Shown piece by piece: positions 1 to 11,000 of a stretch of DNA of 64,000 bases. The stretch comes from an uncultured delta proteobacterium. GTDB taxonomy: Bacteria > Myxococcota_A > Polyangia > Haliangiales > Haliangiaceae. The stretch covers positions 32,001 through 96,000 of the forward strand of contig CAVUQH010000008.1 of assembly GCA_963743525.1 (NCBI GenBank), written 5' to 3'. A model generated the notes under the pieces. The model was given only the letters and a program-made list of their open reading frames with translations, searched no databases and was not told the DNA's origin. The translations under genes were made by a program, and so were the position numbers. The first letter of the stretch is position 1; every line of letters starts with the position of its first letter.

Positions 1-190
1 GAACAGCGCCTGCGGACCGTCGAACCCTCGCGCGGCGGCATGCCCGGCCCGGTACGACGCATCACGCCGCCACCACCGGCGACCATCTCAACGAAGATGG
101 TGGTTTACCGCACCGGCAAGCGGTGACGAAGGCTCGCCGCGGCAGTCGCAGTTCTGGACCTGACGTTCGCCGGGAGATAAACCCGCCGGA

Positions 191-1270
191 GTGCTCGCGA
201 GACAACTTTCCATCCTCGTGTCGTTCGGGCTCTGGGTTGCTTGCGGTGGAACGGCTCACTCGCCGCCGGTCGATGTCGATGCGCCGGCGCTGCCGGCGGC
301 TGCTGACTTTGGCGACGAAGCGTCGCTGGCGGCGCGGTATCCGACCGAGCTGCAGCCGTTCTGGGACCAGGGGCGCGCCGGATCGATGACCGGAGTTGCC
401 GGGGTCGAGCTTCGCTATCGCGTCTTTCGCGCCGACCCCGAGCTGGGCGCGATCGTGTTCATCGCGGGTCGCACCGAGCCGATCGAGAAGCACGTCGAGA
501 CGTTCTACGATCTGGTCGGGCTGGGCTACTCGGTCTATGCGCTCGATGTTCGCGGGCAGGGGGCGTCGGAGCGCATGCTGGCGGATCCCCAGGTGGGTTA
601 CGTCGAGTTCTTTCTCGACTACGTCCGTGACCTGCACGCGTTCGTGACCGACGTGGTCGTGCCCGATGGGCCGCATTCGCATCTGTTCGGGATGGCGCAC
701 TCGATGGGCGGCGCGATCATGTTGCTCGAGGCCTACCGGCATCCCGCTGATCTGGACGCAGTGGCGGTGTCGTCGCCGATGATCGGCATCGATACCGGCG
801 CGTTTCCCGGTGGGGTGGCGACCACGCTCGCCTCCAGCGTCTGCAACAGCAGCGCCGGGACCGGCTACGCGCCCGGGCAGAAGCCGTACGAGGTCGAGGC
901 GTTCGCCGACAACCACGTGACCCACTCGCAGGCCCGCTTCGCCCAGTACGGCGCTTTGCTCGACGCCGAGCCGTCGCTGCGGGTCGCCGGGGCGAGCTAC
1001 CGCTGGGTCTGCGAGGCGATCACGGCAGACGCCCATCTGCAGGCGATCGCCGAGGATGTCGAACCGCCCATCCTGGTGTTCGAGGCGGGCGACGACCAGG
1101 TCGTGCGCGGGGATGCGGAAGCGGAGTTCTGCGACCGCGCGCCGGCCTGCCAGCGGATTCGCTACCCGGGCGCCTACCACGAGATCTTCTCGGAGACCGA
1201 CGACGTTCGCGACCAGGCGCTGGCCCGGGCCGTTCGCTTCTTCGACCATTTCGCGGCGGTGACCCGATGA
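191..1270 (+). CDS. Alpha/beta hydrolase, lysophospholipase (PldB-like), probable lipoprotein
   Basis: AHSMGG nucleophile elbow, DVRGQGAS motif, C-terminal AYHEIF catalytic His; N-terminal signal ending VAC. Confidence 0.85.
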   Translation: MLARQLSILVSFGLWVACGGTAHSPPVDVDAPALPAAADFGDEASLAARYPTELQPFWDQGRAGSMTGVAGVELRYRVFRADPELGAIVFIAGRTEPIEKHVETFYDLVGLGYSVYALDVRGQGASERMLADPQVGYVEFFLDYVRDLHAFVTDVVVPDGPHSHLFGMAHSMGGAIMLLEAYRHPADLDAVAVSSPMIGIDTGAFPGGVATTLASSVCNSSAGTGYAPGQKPYEVEAFADNHVTHSQARFAQYGALLDAEPSLRVAGASYRWVCEAITADAHLQAIAEDVEPPILVFEAGDDQVVRGDAEAEFCDRAPACQRIRYPGAYHEIFSETDDVRDQALARAVRFFDHFAAVTR

Positions 1271-1794
1271 GGTGGGCGTGGCCGGCCATGGTCGCGGCGG
1301 CGCTGCTGTTCGGCGCCTCGACCGCGCGCGCCGATGCGCCGGCCGAGGTCACCAGCGTACCGCCGCGCGCGCTACGGTTGGCGGCAGGCGTGGCGGTGGG
1401 CGCGCCGTTTCCGCTCACCGTGCAGGCCGTGCTCCGGGTGGCGCGCGCGGATGGACGCGCCGGCTTCGACGCCGACGCGTCGTGGTCGCCTTCGCGCGAC
1501 TGGCAGTCGTACGACGCCGGCGGCGCCTACCATCCGTTCGGCAACCCGTTCTTCGTCGGGTTGCGCCTGCGCTTGCTCCAGCTGCATCCGCCGTGGAGCC
1601 GCGGCTTCGACGGGGCGTTCGACGATCAGCCTGCGGTCGGTCTGGAGCTGGGCGCGCGGGGTTGGCTCGATCGGAGCCGTCGACTGCTCGGCTCGGTGAC
1701 GGTGTCGGCGACGGCGGTCACCTCCGGCAACACCTCGCTGCCGATCTTCTACACCCTGAGCGCGGGCATCGCCTACGACGTCTGGTCGCGCTAG
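1267..1794 (+). CDS. Secreted / outer-membrane beta-strand hypothetical protein
   Basis: Signal peptide ending ARA, amphipathic beta strands, aromatic C-terminus; ATGA overlap with upstream gene. Confidence 0.65.
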   Translation: MRWAWPAMVAAALLFGASTARADAPAEVTSVPPRALRLAAGVAVGAPFPLTVQAVLRVARADGRAGFDADASWSPSRDWQSYDAGGAYHPFGNPFFVGLRLRLLQLHPPWSRGFDGAFDDQPAVGLELGARGWLDRSRRLLGSVTVSATAVTSGNTSLPIFYTLSAGIAYDVWSR

Positions 1795-1820
1795 CTGCGC
1801 AGCGCCTGATTGGCGGCTCG

Positions 1821-3302
1821 TCAATTGGCGGCTGCGTAGGCCGCGGGCCGCGACGCTGCCCGTTCCGGGGATACCCGCGAGACTCGGATCTTGCGAATGG
1901 GCGCCTGCGCCCGAACCACGGCGGCGCGGGCGGCGGCGCGGCGCTCGTCGATCGCCAGTGCGATCTCCGAGGCCGCTCGTTGCGCGCGAAGGAGCTGTCG
2001 CAGCAGCTGCTGGTGTGCGCGCACGGGGCGATTGACGGCGGCCAGCCGGCGACCGCGCAGCGGGTGAGGTGCCAGATTGTAGTCGTCTACCGCGGCTTCG
2101 ATGGCGGCGTAGGCGTCGTCGATGCGCGCTTCGAGCCGGGCCCAATCATGGCGCCCGGCGTCGACCAGGGCCCGACGGTGCGCGGCCAGATGCTCGACCT
2201 CGCCGGCGATGGCGTGCACGGCGTAGTTGGCCAGCGACGGCCTCAGCTCGCCGCCACACCAGCTGGGCAAATATTTCCGCCGGCGTGGATCGACGTAGGT
2301 GGCATCGCCGCTCGCGCGGCGCTCGCGCTCCGCGAACGTGAGCACGTGGGCCGAGTGGATCGCCTGCAGCGGCGAGTCGGCGTTGACCAGCGGCGAGAAC
2401 GGCGCGCGGCTGTTGACGTCGATGACCCGGGTGAAGACGTCGGCCCAGCTGTGGTCCTCGCCGTGCCAGGTGTCGGTGATGCCGACGACCTCGGCGCCCG
2501 GCGCGGCCAGCGCGGGGTAGCGCTCCAGCAGGCGATCGACCTTGGCGCGCCCGGCGTTGACGCGATAGTGCCGCGGCGGCGTGATGCGGTCGGGCAGGGT
2601 GCGGCGGCTGTACAGCGGGCTGAGCTGGAATGGCGCGCTGTAGCGGCCGCGGTGGACCTCGATCTCGGCGCACTCCCAGTCGGCGATGCCCAGTCGCCGA
2701 GCGGCGGCTTCGACGGTCGGCCGGGGTGACGCGCTGCTGAGGATGATGCGCACCCCCGGGTAGCGCTGTCGCAGCCAGTCGATGTCGCTGGCGTCGAAGA
2801 TCTGCTGGCCGGAGAAGCGATCGAGCACGCGGTCGGCGAGACGCCCGGCGTTGCCCAGTCCCATGCCGGCGAGCTCGTGCATGAGCGCGATGGTCGGCAG
2901 CGCCTGGATCGCGGTGTACGGCGACTCGCCGAAGCGCTGGTAGCGCAAGCGCTGGGTCGATGGGTGGCGCGCCGCCAGCTTGCCCCACAACAGGTAGTAC
3001 GCGCCCGGGTAGGCCCAGACCCGGGCGCCCTCCACGACGTGGCGCGATGCGGACAGTCGCGCCCACATGCCGCCGCGCCGGCGCAGCTCCGCCAGCTCAT
3101 CGACGTAGCTCGGCCCGTACGAGCGATAGGCGCCCAGCTCCCAGCCGAACCGTTCACCCATGTGTCGGGCCAGGTGCAGCGTGCGGTCGAGATCGAGCAC
3201 GATGAACCGGGTCGACGACGGGATGGCCGCGGCGCAGAGCTCGCGAAAGCCGAGTGGCGAGGCGTGGACCACCTGCCGAGCGACCTGACGATAGGCACCC
3301 AT
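1821..3302 (-). CDS. HAD-superfamily hydrolase-like protein with C-terminal helical extension
   Basis: FIVLDLDRT motif I, ILSSAS motif II, AK and GITDTWHGED motif III/IV-like segments. Confidence 0.65.
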   Translation of the reverse strand: MGAYRQVARQVVHASPLGFRELCAAAIPSSTRFIVLDLDRTLHLARHMGERFGWELGAYRSYGPSYVDELAELRRRGGMWARLSASRHVVEGARVWAYPGAYYLLWGKLAARHPSTQRLRYQRFGESPYTAIQALPTIALMHELAGMGLGNAGRLADRVLDRFSGQQIFDASDIDWLRQRYPGVRIILSSASPRPTVEAAARRLGIADWECAEIEVHRGRYSAPFQLSPLYSRRTLPDRITPPRHYRVNAGRAKVDRLLERYPALAAPGAEVVGITDTWHGEDHSWADVFTRVIDVNSRAPFSPLVNADSPLQAIHSAHVLTFAERERRASGDATYVDPRRRKYLPSWCGGELRPSLANYAVHAIAGEVEHLAAHRRALVDAGRHDWARLEARIDDAYAAIEAAVDDYNLAPHPLRGRRLAAVNRPVRAHQQLLRQLLRAQRAASEIALAIDERRAAARAAVVRAQAPIRKIRVSRVSPERAASRPAAYAAAN

Positions 3303-3390
3303 GCCCCACTACATTGCCCTCACCAGGGGCCTCTGTTCATCCACCTGGGGGCACAATGACGTGCCAGCCCGGTGGCGGGCTCAACTGATT

Positions 3391-4464
3391 TCAGGCACCT
3401 ACGCCGTTCGCTGCTGCAGGCTGCTCCTTGGCGAGATCTCTTCGTTCCAGCAGCTCGTCGACCGGCCGCCGCGGGGTAGCGCGGGCCGGTGGCCCGTAGC
3501 CGAAGCGCAGCACCAGCTGTGGGAAGCCGCGACCGACCAGCCGCGCGAAGGCGCGCCGCGACCGGCGCAGCTCGAGCGCCTGGTTGAGGAACGAGGCCGA
3601 CAGTCCGTGGACGCCGGCGAGCAGTAGCGACCGCTGCATCGCCTGCCCGGCGTCGAGCCAGGCCTCGGGGCGATCCGAGTCGGTCCCCAGCACGGCGAGC
3701 ATGGGTGATCCCTGGATCAGGTCGCGTTCGCCTTCGGCCACCCGGCCGCCGATGTCGAACGTCCGCACCAGCATCCCGTTGGCGGCGGTGATCGGCGCGC
3801 CGTACGACTTGCTGTAACCGGGGATGCCGTCGGGTCGCGCGCTGCCGTCAGCGACCAGCCACTCGGACAGCTCGCGGCGGAACCGCTTGTCGTGAAACTG
3901 CTCGCGATCGGCGGCGGCGATCAGCTGCGCCGCCCGGGTGCGCTGCTCGGGCAGCAGCCGGGTTAGCCAGGCGCCCTCGTCGGCGGCCGCCTGCGACAGC
4001 GCGTCGGCGATCTGATACGACACCGGGCGCCGCTCGAACGGGTGCCGATTGGTGTGCCGGGTGGGAATGGCATCGAACAGATCGATCTCTTCGACGGTCG
4101 GTACGCACGGTGGCCCCGGCGTCACCCGGGCCACCCAGTCGGGGTCGGCCGGCAACGGAAACAGCTCGACCTTGGGCGTGTGGCCGAAGCGCATCATCGC
4201 CACCCGCAGGTTGAGCAGCGCTCCGCCCAGGCTCATGAACAGCTGCCGGCCGTCGGCGTCGATCACCTCGAGCTTCCGCTTGTGGTCGGCCAGGAGGTCG
4301 ATGCCCTCGTCGTCACAGCGGAAGCGCCACGGCTGGGTGTTGTGTGAGCTGGGGGCGAGGATCGCGTAGCGCAGGAGGAACCTGTGCCGCGCGACCGGAT
4401 CGGCATGACGCGGGTAGTCACCCGCGTGGACGTTCCAGGGCTCGAGGTGCTCGGGGCGCGCCAT
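3391..4464 (-). CDS. Acg-family FMN-binding nitroreductase-like protein
   Basis: APSSHNTQPWRF, RHTNR, WLDAGQAMQR and PQLVLRFGY motifs; start uncertain (ATG 4464 chosen, alternative 4509). Confidence 0.85.
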   Translation of the reverse strand: MARPEHLEPWNVHAGDYPRHADPVARHRFLLRYAILAPSSHNTQPWRFRCDDEGIDLLADHKRKLEVIDADGRQLFMSLGGALLNLRVAMMRFGHTPKVELFPLPADPDWVARVTPGPPCVPTVEEIDLFDAIPTRHTNRHPFERRPVSYQIADALSQAAADEGAWLTRLLPEQRTRAAQLIAAADREQFHDKRFRRELSEWLVADGSARPDGIPGYSKSYGAPITAANGMLVRTFDIGGRVAEGERDLIQGSPMLAVLGTDSDRPEAWLDAGQAMQRSLLLAGVHGLSASFLNQALELRRSRRAFARLVGRGFPQLVLRFGYGPPARATPRRPVDELLERRDLAKEQPAAANGVGA

Positions 4465-4476
4465 GGTGCCGATCGC

Positions 4477-4492
4477 TGCAATCGACGTGCCC
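4477..4492 (-). promoter_or_regulatory. Putative sigma54 (-24/-12) promoter for the Acg-like gene
   Basis: Minus strand GGGCACG-TCGA-TTGCA matches TGGCACG-N4-TTGCA (GG-N10-GC). Confidence 0.55.
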
Positions 4493-4654
4493 GGAGCCGA
4501 TGTGGCCATTTCGCGCATCGCTTGCGCGCCGCCCGAAAGGCGCGTTCGTAACTGCTCGCGACTTCGTATCTGGCCAGCCGAGAGGGTCGAGACCCCCGGG
4601 ATTGTTGTCCCCGGCCCGAGTCGGCGAAACACCAGCGAGTGCCATACTCGCGCC

Positions 4655-5842
4655 ATGGCTGACCTGTATGAGGCGCCGCGTCACGAGCCCCTCGGCGACG
4701 TCGCATGGGACGAGCCGGCGGCGCGCGCCGCGATCCGCGAGATCGTCGCGGACGCGGAGCAGGCGTATCGCCCCGACTCGCTGTGGCCCGATCATCCGCT
4801 CGACGACGCCCAGACCGTGGCCCCGCGGACCAGCTTCTACTGGGGCGCCAGTGGCGTCGCCTGGGCGCTGAGCCAGCTGGCGCGTCGCGGCGCGATCGAC
4901 AGCACGCGCGACTGGCTCGCCGAGGCGGCGCGCTTCGTCAACCTCCACCAGGCCAGCCCGGAGCTGGGCGAGTCGGTTCCGTCGCTGATGCTCGGCGAAG
5001 TGGGGATCCGCATGATCGCCGGCGTCGGCCACGACCGGATCCACGAGCTGATCGAGTCGAACATCGATAACCCCACGCTGGAGATGCTGTGGGGCGCTCC
5101 GGGCACGATGCTGCCCGCGCTGCTGTTGTACGAGCAGACCGGCGAGGCGCGCTGGCGCCAGCTCTATCTGCGCAACGCCAACTTCCTGTTCGAGACCTGG
5201 GAGCACCACGACGACTTCGACGTGTGGATGTGGACGCAGCAGCTCTACGGCGAGGTCGTGCGTTTGCTCGGCGCGGGTCACGGCTTTGCCGGCAACGTGC
5301 TGGCCCTCTTGCGCGGACTCTCGCTCCTGCCCGACGACCAGCGCAGCCTGGTGATCGAACGCGCGACCCACACCCTGGCGGTGACCGCACAGCGCGATGG
5401 AGCGCTGATCAACTGGGCACCCCACGTCGGCTCCGGTCGAGCGGGCCGCGACAAGATGTTGGTGCAGTGGTGTCACGGCGCGCCGGGCATGATCCTCGGG
5501 CTCCAGCTCCTGCCGAGGAGCGAGCAGGTCGACGCGTTGCTCGCCGGCGGCGCCGAGCTGACCTGGGCGGCGGGGCCGCTGGAGAAGGGCGCCGGCCTGT
5601 GCCACGGCACCGCCGGCAACGGCTACGCGCTGCTCGCCCTGTTCCAGCGCACCGGAGAGGCGCGCTGGCTCGATCGCGCCCGCCGCTTCGCCATGCACGC
5701 GCTCGAGCAGGTCCGCGCCGCGCGAGGCCGCTACGGTCGCGGACGCTACTCGCTGTGGACCGGTGATCTCGGCGTCGCGCTGTTCGTGAACGACTGCCTC
5801 GAAGGCGACCGCTGCGGCTTGCCGCTGCTCGACTACTGCTAG
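4655..5842 (+). CDS. Stand-alone LanC-like (lanthionine synthetase C family) protein
   Basis: GAGHGFAG, WCHGAPG and GLCHGTAGN zinc/catalytic motifs; SLWTG C-terminal motif. Confidence 0.88.
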   Translation: MADLYEAPRHEPLGDVAWDEPAARAAIREIVADAEQAYRPDSLWPDHPLDDAQTVAPRTSFYWGASGVAWALSQLARRGAIDSTRDWLAEAARFVNLHQASPELGESVPSLMLGEVGIRMIAGVGHDRIHELIESNIDNPTLEMLWGAPGTMLPALLLYEQTGEARWRQLYLRNANFLFETWEHHDDFDVWMWTQQLYGEVVRLLGAGHGFAGNVLALLRGLSLLPDDQRSLVIERATHTLAVTAQRDGALINWAPHVGSGRAGRDKMLVQWCHGAPGMILGLQLLPRSEQVDALLAGGAELTWAAGPLEKGAGLCHGTAGNGYALLALFQRTGEARWLDRARRFAMHALEQVRAARGRYGRGRYSLWTGDLGVALFVNDCLEGDRCGLPLLDYC

Positions 5843-5947
5843 CAACCGCGCGATGGCGCCGTTGCCACAGCTGGCAGTCCGCGTCGGCCCACTGAGAGCC
5901 CCTCGTGGTCAAGCCTGGACGCCGTCAGTGGCGTCGCCTGACCGCAG

Positions 5948-7930
5948 CTACTCGTCGAGGGCCGCGCGCATGGGCGGGATCAGGTCGTCGACCAGGAACG
6001 GCTTGCTGACGAAGCCGTTGGCGCCGGCCTCGAGCAGCGCTTCGACGTCTCCTTTTCGGTCGTAGCCGCTGCAGATGATGATCTTCATCTCCGGCCGGGC
6101 CTGTTTCAGCAGCGGGAAGGTCTCCTTTCCGCCCATCACCGGCATGCCCAGATCGAGGAACGCCGCGTGGATCGTGCCCTCGTACTCGCTGGCGATCCGC
6201 ACCGCGGCCTTGCCCGAGTCGGCGGTCAGCACGGTGTAGCCGAGGGTGGCCAGGATGTCGCTGACGATGCGCAGGACCACCGGCTCGTCATCGATCAACA
6301 GGATGGTTTCGGTGCCGCGGAGGCCGGCGTCGGCGTCGGCGTCGTGGGCGACCGGCACCGCCTCGGTGGCCGGCACGTAGACGTCGAACGTGGTTCCCTC
6401 TCCGGGCTGACTGGTCACCACGACGGCGCCGCCGTGGCTCTTGACGAGGCCGTGCACGGCTGCCAGTCCCAGGCCGCGCCCCTGTTGCTTGGTGCTGAAG
6501 AACGGCTCGAAGATGCGATCGCGAATCGCCGGATCGATCCCCCGGCCGTCGTCGTGGACCGACAGGAGGACATATCGGCCGGGCGGGAGCTGCGGTTGTT
6601 GGCGCGGCACGTCGTCCGGGACGTTGACGTTGTCGGCGTGGATGTGAATCCGTCCATTGCCGGTAATCGCCTCGGTCGCATTGATACACAGGTTCAACAG
6701 CACCTGGACCATCTGCGACAGGTCGGCCTGGATTCGCCAGGGCGAGGCGACGGTCCTTCGCTCGACGGCGATCCGCGGCGGAATCGAGCCCTGCTGGATG
6801 CGCAGCGTCTCGTCGATGATCGCGATCGGGTTGACGATTTCGGTCTTTGGCTGGGTCGGGCGCGAGAAGCTGAGCAGCTGCTGCGCCAGCCGGCCGGCCT
6901 GTTGCCCGGCCTCGGCGATGCGACTGAGCATGGCCACCGCTTCGGCGTCTTGCGCCAGCATGCGGCGCAGCAGATCGGCATTGCCGAGAACCCCGACCAT
7001 CAGGTTGTTGAGATCGTGGGCGACGCCGCCGGCCAGCGTTGCCGTGGCGTCGAGGCGCGACCGCTGCAGCAGCGATTCTTCGGCCCGTTTGCGCTCGGTG
7101 ACGTCCGTTGACAGGGCGGCGCACTGGTTCGGTGCCGGGCGGTAGGCCAACACTTCGTAGTAGCGGTCGAACTCCTGGGAGAACTGCTCGACGCGGGTGG
7201 GTACGCCGGTGCGCGCCACCTCGCCGCACAGCTCGATCCAGTGCGGCTCGGTACCCGGCAACAGGTCCATGACCGTGCGGCCGATCCACTGGTCGGCGGG
7301 GATCCCGGTCAACGCTTCGAACGCGGGATTGACCTCGAGGAACCGGTAGTCGCACGCCTTGCCCTGGTCGTCGAACAGGATCTCTTGCAGGGAGAAGGCA
7401 TCCTGCATCGAGTTGAACAGGCTGCGGTAGCGGGTCTCGCTGGCTTCGAGCTGTTGCTGCGAGGTGATCCGCTCGGTGATGTCTTCGAACACCGCCAGCA
7501 CGCCGGTGACCTTGCCGGCGCGATTGGTCATGGCCGCGGTGTTGACCGAAAGGAACACCCGGCCTCCATCGGGCCAATCGATGGCGAAACGGGCATCGTG
7601 GACCATCTCTCCCGTTTCCAGGGCCAGACGGAACGGCAGCTGCTCGTCGGCGATGGTGTTGCCGTCGAGGTCGGTGATACGCCACCGGGCATCGTTGTAC
7701 GTGCGGCTGGTGAGCTCGTCCCGCGTCAGGCCGAGGAGCTTTTGTGCCCACGAGTTGGCCGAGACCATTCGCCCCTCGAGGTCGAAGGTGATGACGCCAG
7801 CCGAGCTGGTCTCGCCGATGAGCTTGACCAGTGCGCGCTGCTCCTGCAGGGCTGCTTCGGTCTCCGCGAGCCGCTTTCGCAGCTGCTCGACCTCGGTTGC
7901 GTCGAATTCGCCGGGCCTCTTCGGCTTCAT
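5948..7930 (-). CDS. Hybrid sensor histidine kinase (2x PAS, HisKA, HATPase, receiver)
   Basis: AHDLNN H-box, NLCINA N-box, DDGRG and GRGLGL G-boxes, C-terminal LIDDE...LDLGMP...KPF receiver. Confidence 0.93.
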   Translation of the reverse strand: MKPKRPGEFDATEVEQLRKRLAETEAALQEQRALVKLIGETSSAGVITFDLEGRMVSANSWAQKLLGLTRDELTSRTYNDARWRITDLDGNTIADEQLPFRLALETGEMVHDARFAIDWPDGGRVFLSVNTAAMTNRAGKVTGVLAVFEDITERITSQQQLEASETRYRSLFNSMQDAFSLQEILFDDQGKACDYRFLEVNPAFEALTGIPADQWIGRTVMDLLPGTEPHWIELCGEVARTGVPTRVEQFSQEFDRYYEVLAYRPAPNQCAALSTDVTERKRAEESLLQRSRLDATATLAGGVAHDLNNLMVGVLGNADLLRRMLAQDAEAVAMLSRIAEAGQQAGRLAQQLLSFSRPTQPKTEIVNPIAIIDETLRIQQGSIPPRIAVERRTVASPWRIQADLSQMVQVLLNLCINATEAITGNGRIHIHADNVNVPDDVPRQQPQLPPGRYVLLSVHDDGRGIDPAIRDRIFEPFFSTKQQGRGLGLAAVHGLVKSHGGAVVVTSQPGEGTTFDVYVPATEAVPVAHDADADAGLRGTETILLIDDEPVVLRIVSDILATLGYTVLTADSGKAAVRIASEYEGTIHAAFLDLGMPVMGGKETFPLLKQARPEMKIIICSGYDRKGDVEALLEAGANGFVSKPFLVDDLIPPMRAALDE

Positions 7931-8001
7931 GGTGCGGACCGCCAGCGTGCCATTGCCTGGTGCAAACCTACCCACCCAGCGGGCGGGACTCAAGAGCAGG
8001 C

Positions 8002-11000
8002 CTACGGGGATATCTTGGCAACTGCGCCCCAGCGTCCCCACGCGGAGCGGGCCGCGGCCAGGTGCGCGCTGCTGGCCTCACCGTCGGTGCAGCGCGCGGC
8101 CAGCTCGTGGGCCAGGGCCTCGTCGCTGACCCAGCCGCCGGCCTCGGCGAGGGAGATTGCTCGGTCGAACCCCGACCTGGCCGCGCTCAGATCGCCGCTG
8201 GCCCTGGCACGTTCGGCTTCGACCAGGGCGACCCTGTGGGCGAAGTTGGCCGGGCCGTACTCGGCCAGGTGCCGCAACGCAGCGATGCTGGCTTCAGCGT
8301 CGGCGCGGTGGGCTTCGCGTTCGGTCTCGGGCAGGCCGTAGATCGCCAGCGCCGCGTACTGGTGGATGATCGGTAGGTGCCAGATCGACGGCAGGGCATC
8401 CAGCATCTGCCGAACGGCGGAGAAGCAGCGGTGGGCCTCGACCGCTGCGCCAAAGGTGTATCGCACCATCCCCATCACGGTGGTGATGGCGGCGACGCCG
8501 GCGCTGGAGCCGGCCGCACGGGCAGCCGCCAGCGCCGCTTGCTCGGAGAAGCCGTTGCCGTCCAGCCGCGCCGGGTCGTCGCTCAGGCCCAGGTAGCAGC
8601 GCAGCAGCTGCTCGAACGGCTCGTGCACGTGCAGCGCGTTCACCTGCTGGTGGGCGCGCATGAAATCGCCCAGCTCCAACGCCTCCGCGTGCAGCGGCTG
8701 CAGTGGCTTGCCCGCGTAGATGGCGTTGTGGATGTAGCCGTGGGCCGCATAGCCCGCATACTCGACGTCGCCCACGGACCGGCACTGGTTGACCACGTGG
8801 CGCAGCTTGGGCAGCGCCGTGGACAGCGGCACGGTCCAGACGCAGACCAGGTTGTGGATCACGTGGCGCGTGCGGGCGTCAACGTGCGGATCGTCGAAGC
8901 GTTCGAGCAGCTGCAGCGCCACCTGTCCCCAGGTGTGGGCCTGGTCGTGCAGGCCCAGCGTGTTGAGCACGATGCCGTAGATCGACAGCGCATAGGCGGT
9001 CACCGTGGACAGGCCGTGCTCGACCGAAGCGACCACCAGACGACAGGCGATCACCACCAGCAGTGGCGGTGCGGCGAAATACGCGGCCGAGCTGATCAAG
9101 CTCATGATGCGCATGCTGGCGACGATGCGCTCGTCGTCGGCGTCGGCCAGCTGAGTCAAGCCCTCGGGACCGACGGCGGCCAGGCTGTTCATGGCTCGCT
9201 GAACCGCCTCGCCGATCTGGTCCTGCGTCGGGCTGGCCGGCAGGTCGGTGTCGAGAAGGTGCAACGCCTGGATGGCGACCGCGATCGCGTTGGCGTACTC
9301 CTTGCGGGCGATACTGGCATCGACCTGGACCTCCCAGCCGACCAGCTGGTCGAAGATCGAGCGCCCGCGCGATTTGACCTTGTCGATGTACTCGTCGAGC
9401 TGGTCCCAGGCGGCGCTGAAGCTGGCGGTTTCGGCGGCGCCGCTGTTGAGCGCCAGGGTGAGGTCGTAGTCGCGGTCCCAGCCGTCGTCGCCGAGGAGCT
9501 CGGCGCCGGCGCGGAAACAGTCGAACGCCAGCGGGAATGCGCCGGCCCGCCGAGCCTTGTGCGCCGCGGCCAGATCGAGCCGCGCCACTCGCTCGCGCTC
9601 GGTGTCGGCGAGCAGCGAGTGCACGGAGTTGTAGTGGCGGACGCAGTCGAACAGCCACGCCTCGGTCGCGGATGCTTCGCCCTCTTCGGCGAAGCCGCGC
9701 GCGAGCCCGAGGTGAATGCTGGCGATCCGCTCCGGCGAAAGGTACCGCAGCACCGACTCGCGCATGCGATCGTGGTGCAGCTCGACCAGATCGTCGGCGC
9801 CGGCACCGGTGGTTCGGATCAGGTGGCGACCGCGCAGCCCCCACAGCGAGCGCAGCGCGCCGCCGGCCAGCCCGGCTTCCTCGAACGCGATGTGCAGCGG
9901 GATTGGGCTGTTGGCCACGGACAGGACCTCGACCAGGGCGCGCTGGTGCGCCGGCAACGACTTGACCCGCGCGGCCAGCACCTGGTCCAGCGCGACGCCG
10001 GCTGCTACCGCTGAATCGCCGTTGCCGTCGCGCTGTTGGGCGACGAAGTGGGCCAGCTCTTCGATGAAGAACGGGGTGCCGCCCGATTCCTGGGCAATCG
10101 TCGCCGCCAGGACGCGATCGACGCCGAGCGCGGCGAGTTGCCGGCCTGCCAGGTTCCGCGCATCGTCGTCGGCGAGCGGTTGCAGATCGATGGTCACCTG
10201 CTGGTCGATCAGCGCGCTGGCGACGGCGAAGTACGGCGCGATCACCGGGTTGTTCCGCGCCTCCTCGTCGCGGAACGCGAGCACGACCGCGATGCGCGTC
10301 CGCCGCGCCTTTGCCAGCAGACGGACGAGCAGCCCGATACTGTCGGTGTCGGCCCACTGCAGATCGTCGATCTGCAACATCATCGGGCGACGCGCGGCCA
10401 GGTTGAGGAACAGCTCGCACAACGCCTCGACCGCCCGCCGCCGGCGTTCGACCACGCCGATGGTCGCGGGCGGGCGCGCGTCTTCGAGCGCCGCCGCGAT
10501 CTGCGGGACCCCGGCGAAGACCGGAAACACCTGTACCAACTCGGTCAGGCGGGCCGGCAGCCGGGGCGTCAGGTCACCGCTGCCGAGCAGCGCAGCGAGC
10601 TGATCGAGCAGTCCGTCGAATGCCTTGTACGGCACCGTCTCGCGCTCGTAGCAGCGACTGTTCAGAGCGATGAAATCACCAGCGCTCCGCACTTCGTGGA
10701 GGAAGCGCCGCAGCAGCGAGCTCTTGCCCAGTCCCGAGGCGCCGCTCACGTGAACCACGCGGGTGTCGCCTTTGCGCACCCGCACCAGCGCTTCGCGCAG
10801 CTGGTCCAGCTCTGCGCGCCGACCGACGAAACCGGCCTGCTGGCGGGTCGCCAGCGTCTCGGCACCGGCGGTGAGCTCCAGCAGCGTGCGTCCGGTGGGG
10901 CGCTGCGTGGGATCGGCCTGGAGCAGAGCAGTGGCGAGCTCGCTGAGATCGGCGGGCAGGCCGGGGACGCGTTCCCGGGCCGGCAACGGCTCCGTGGACA

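Noticed and set aside
4655..5842. Lanthipeptide biosynthetic gene cluster
   Set aside because: No dehydratase, Ser/Thr/Cys-rich precursor, protease or exporter next to the LanC-like gene.
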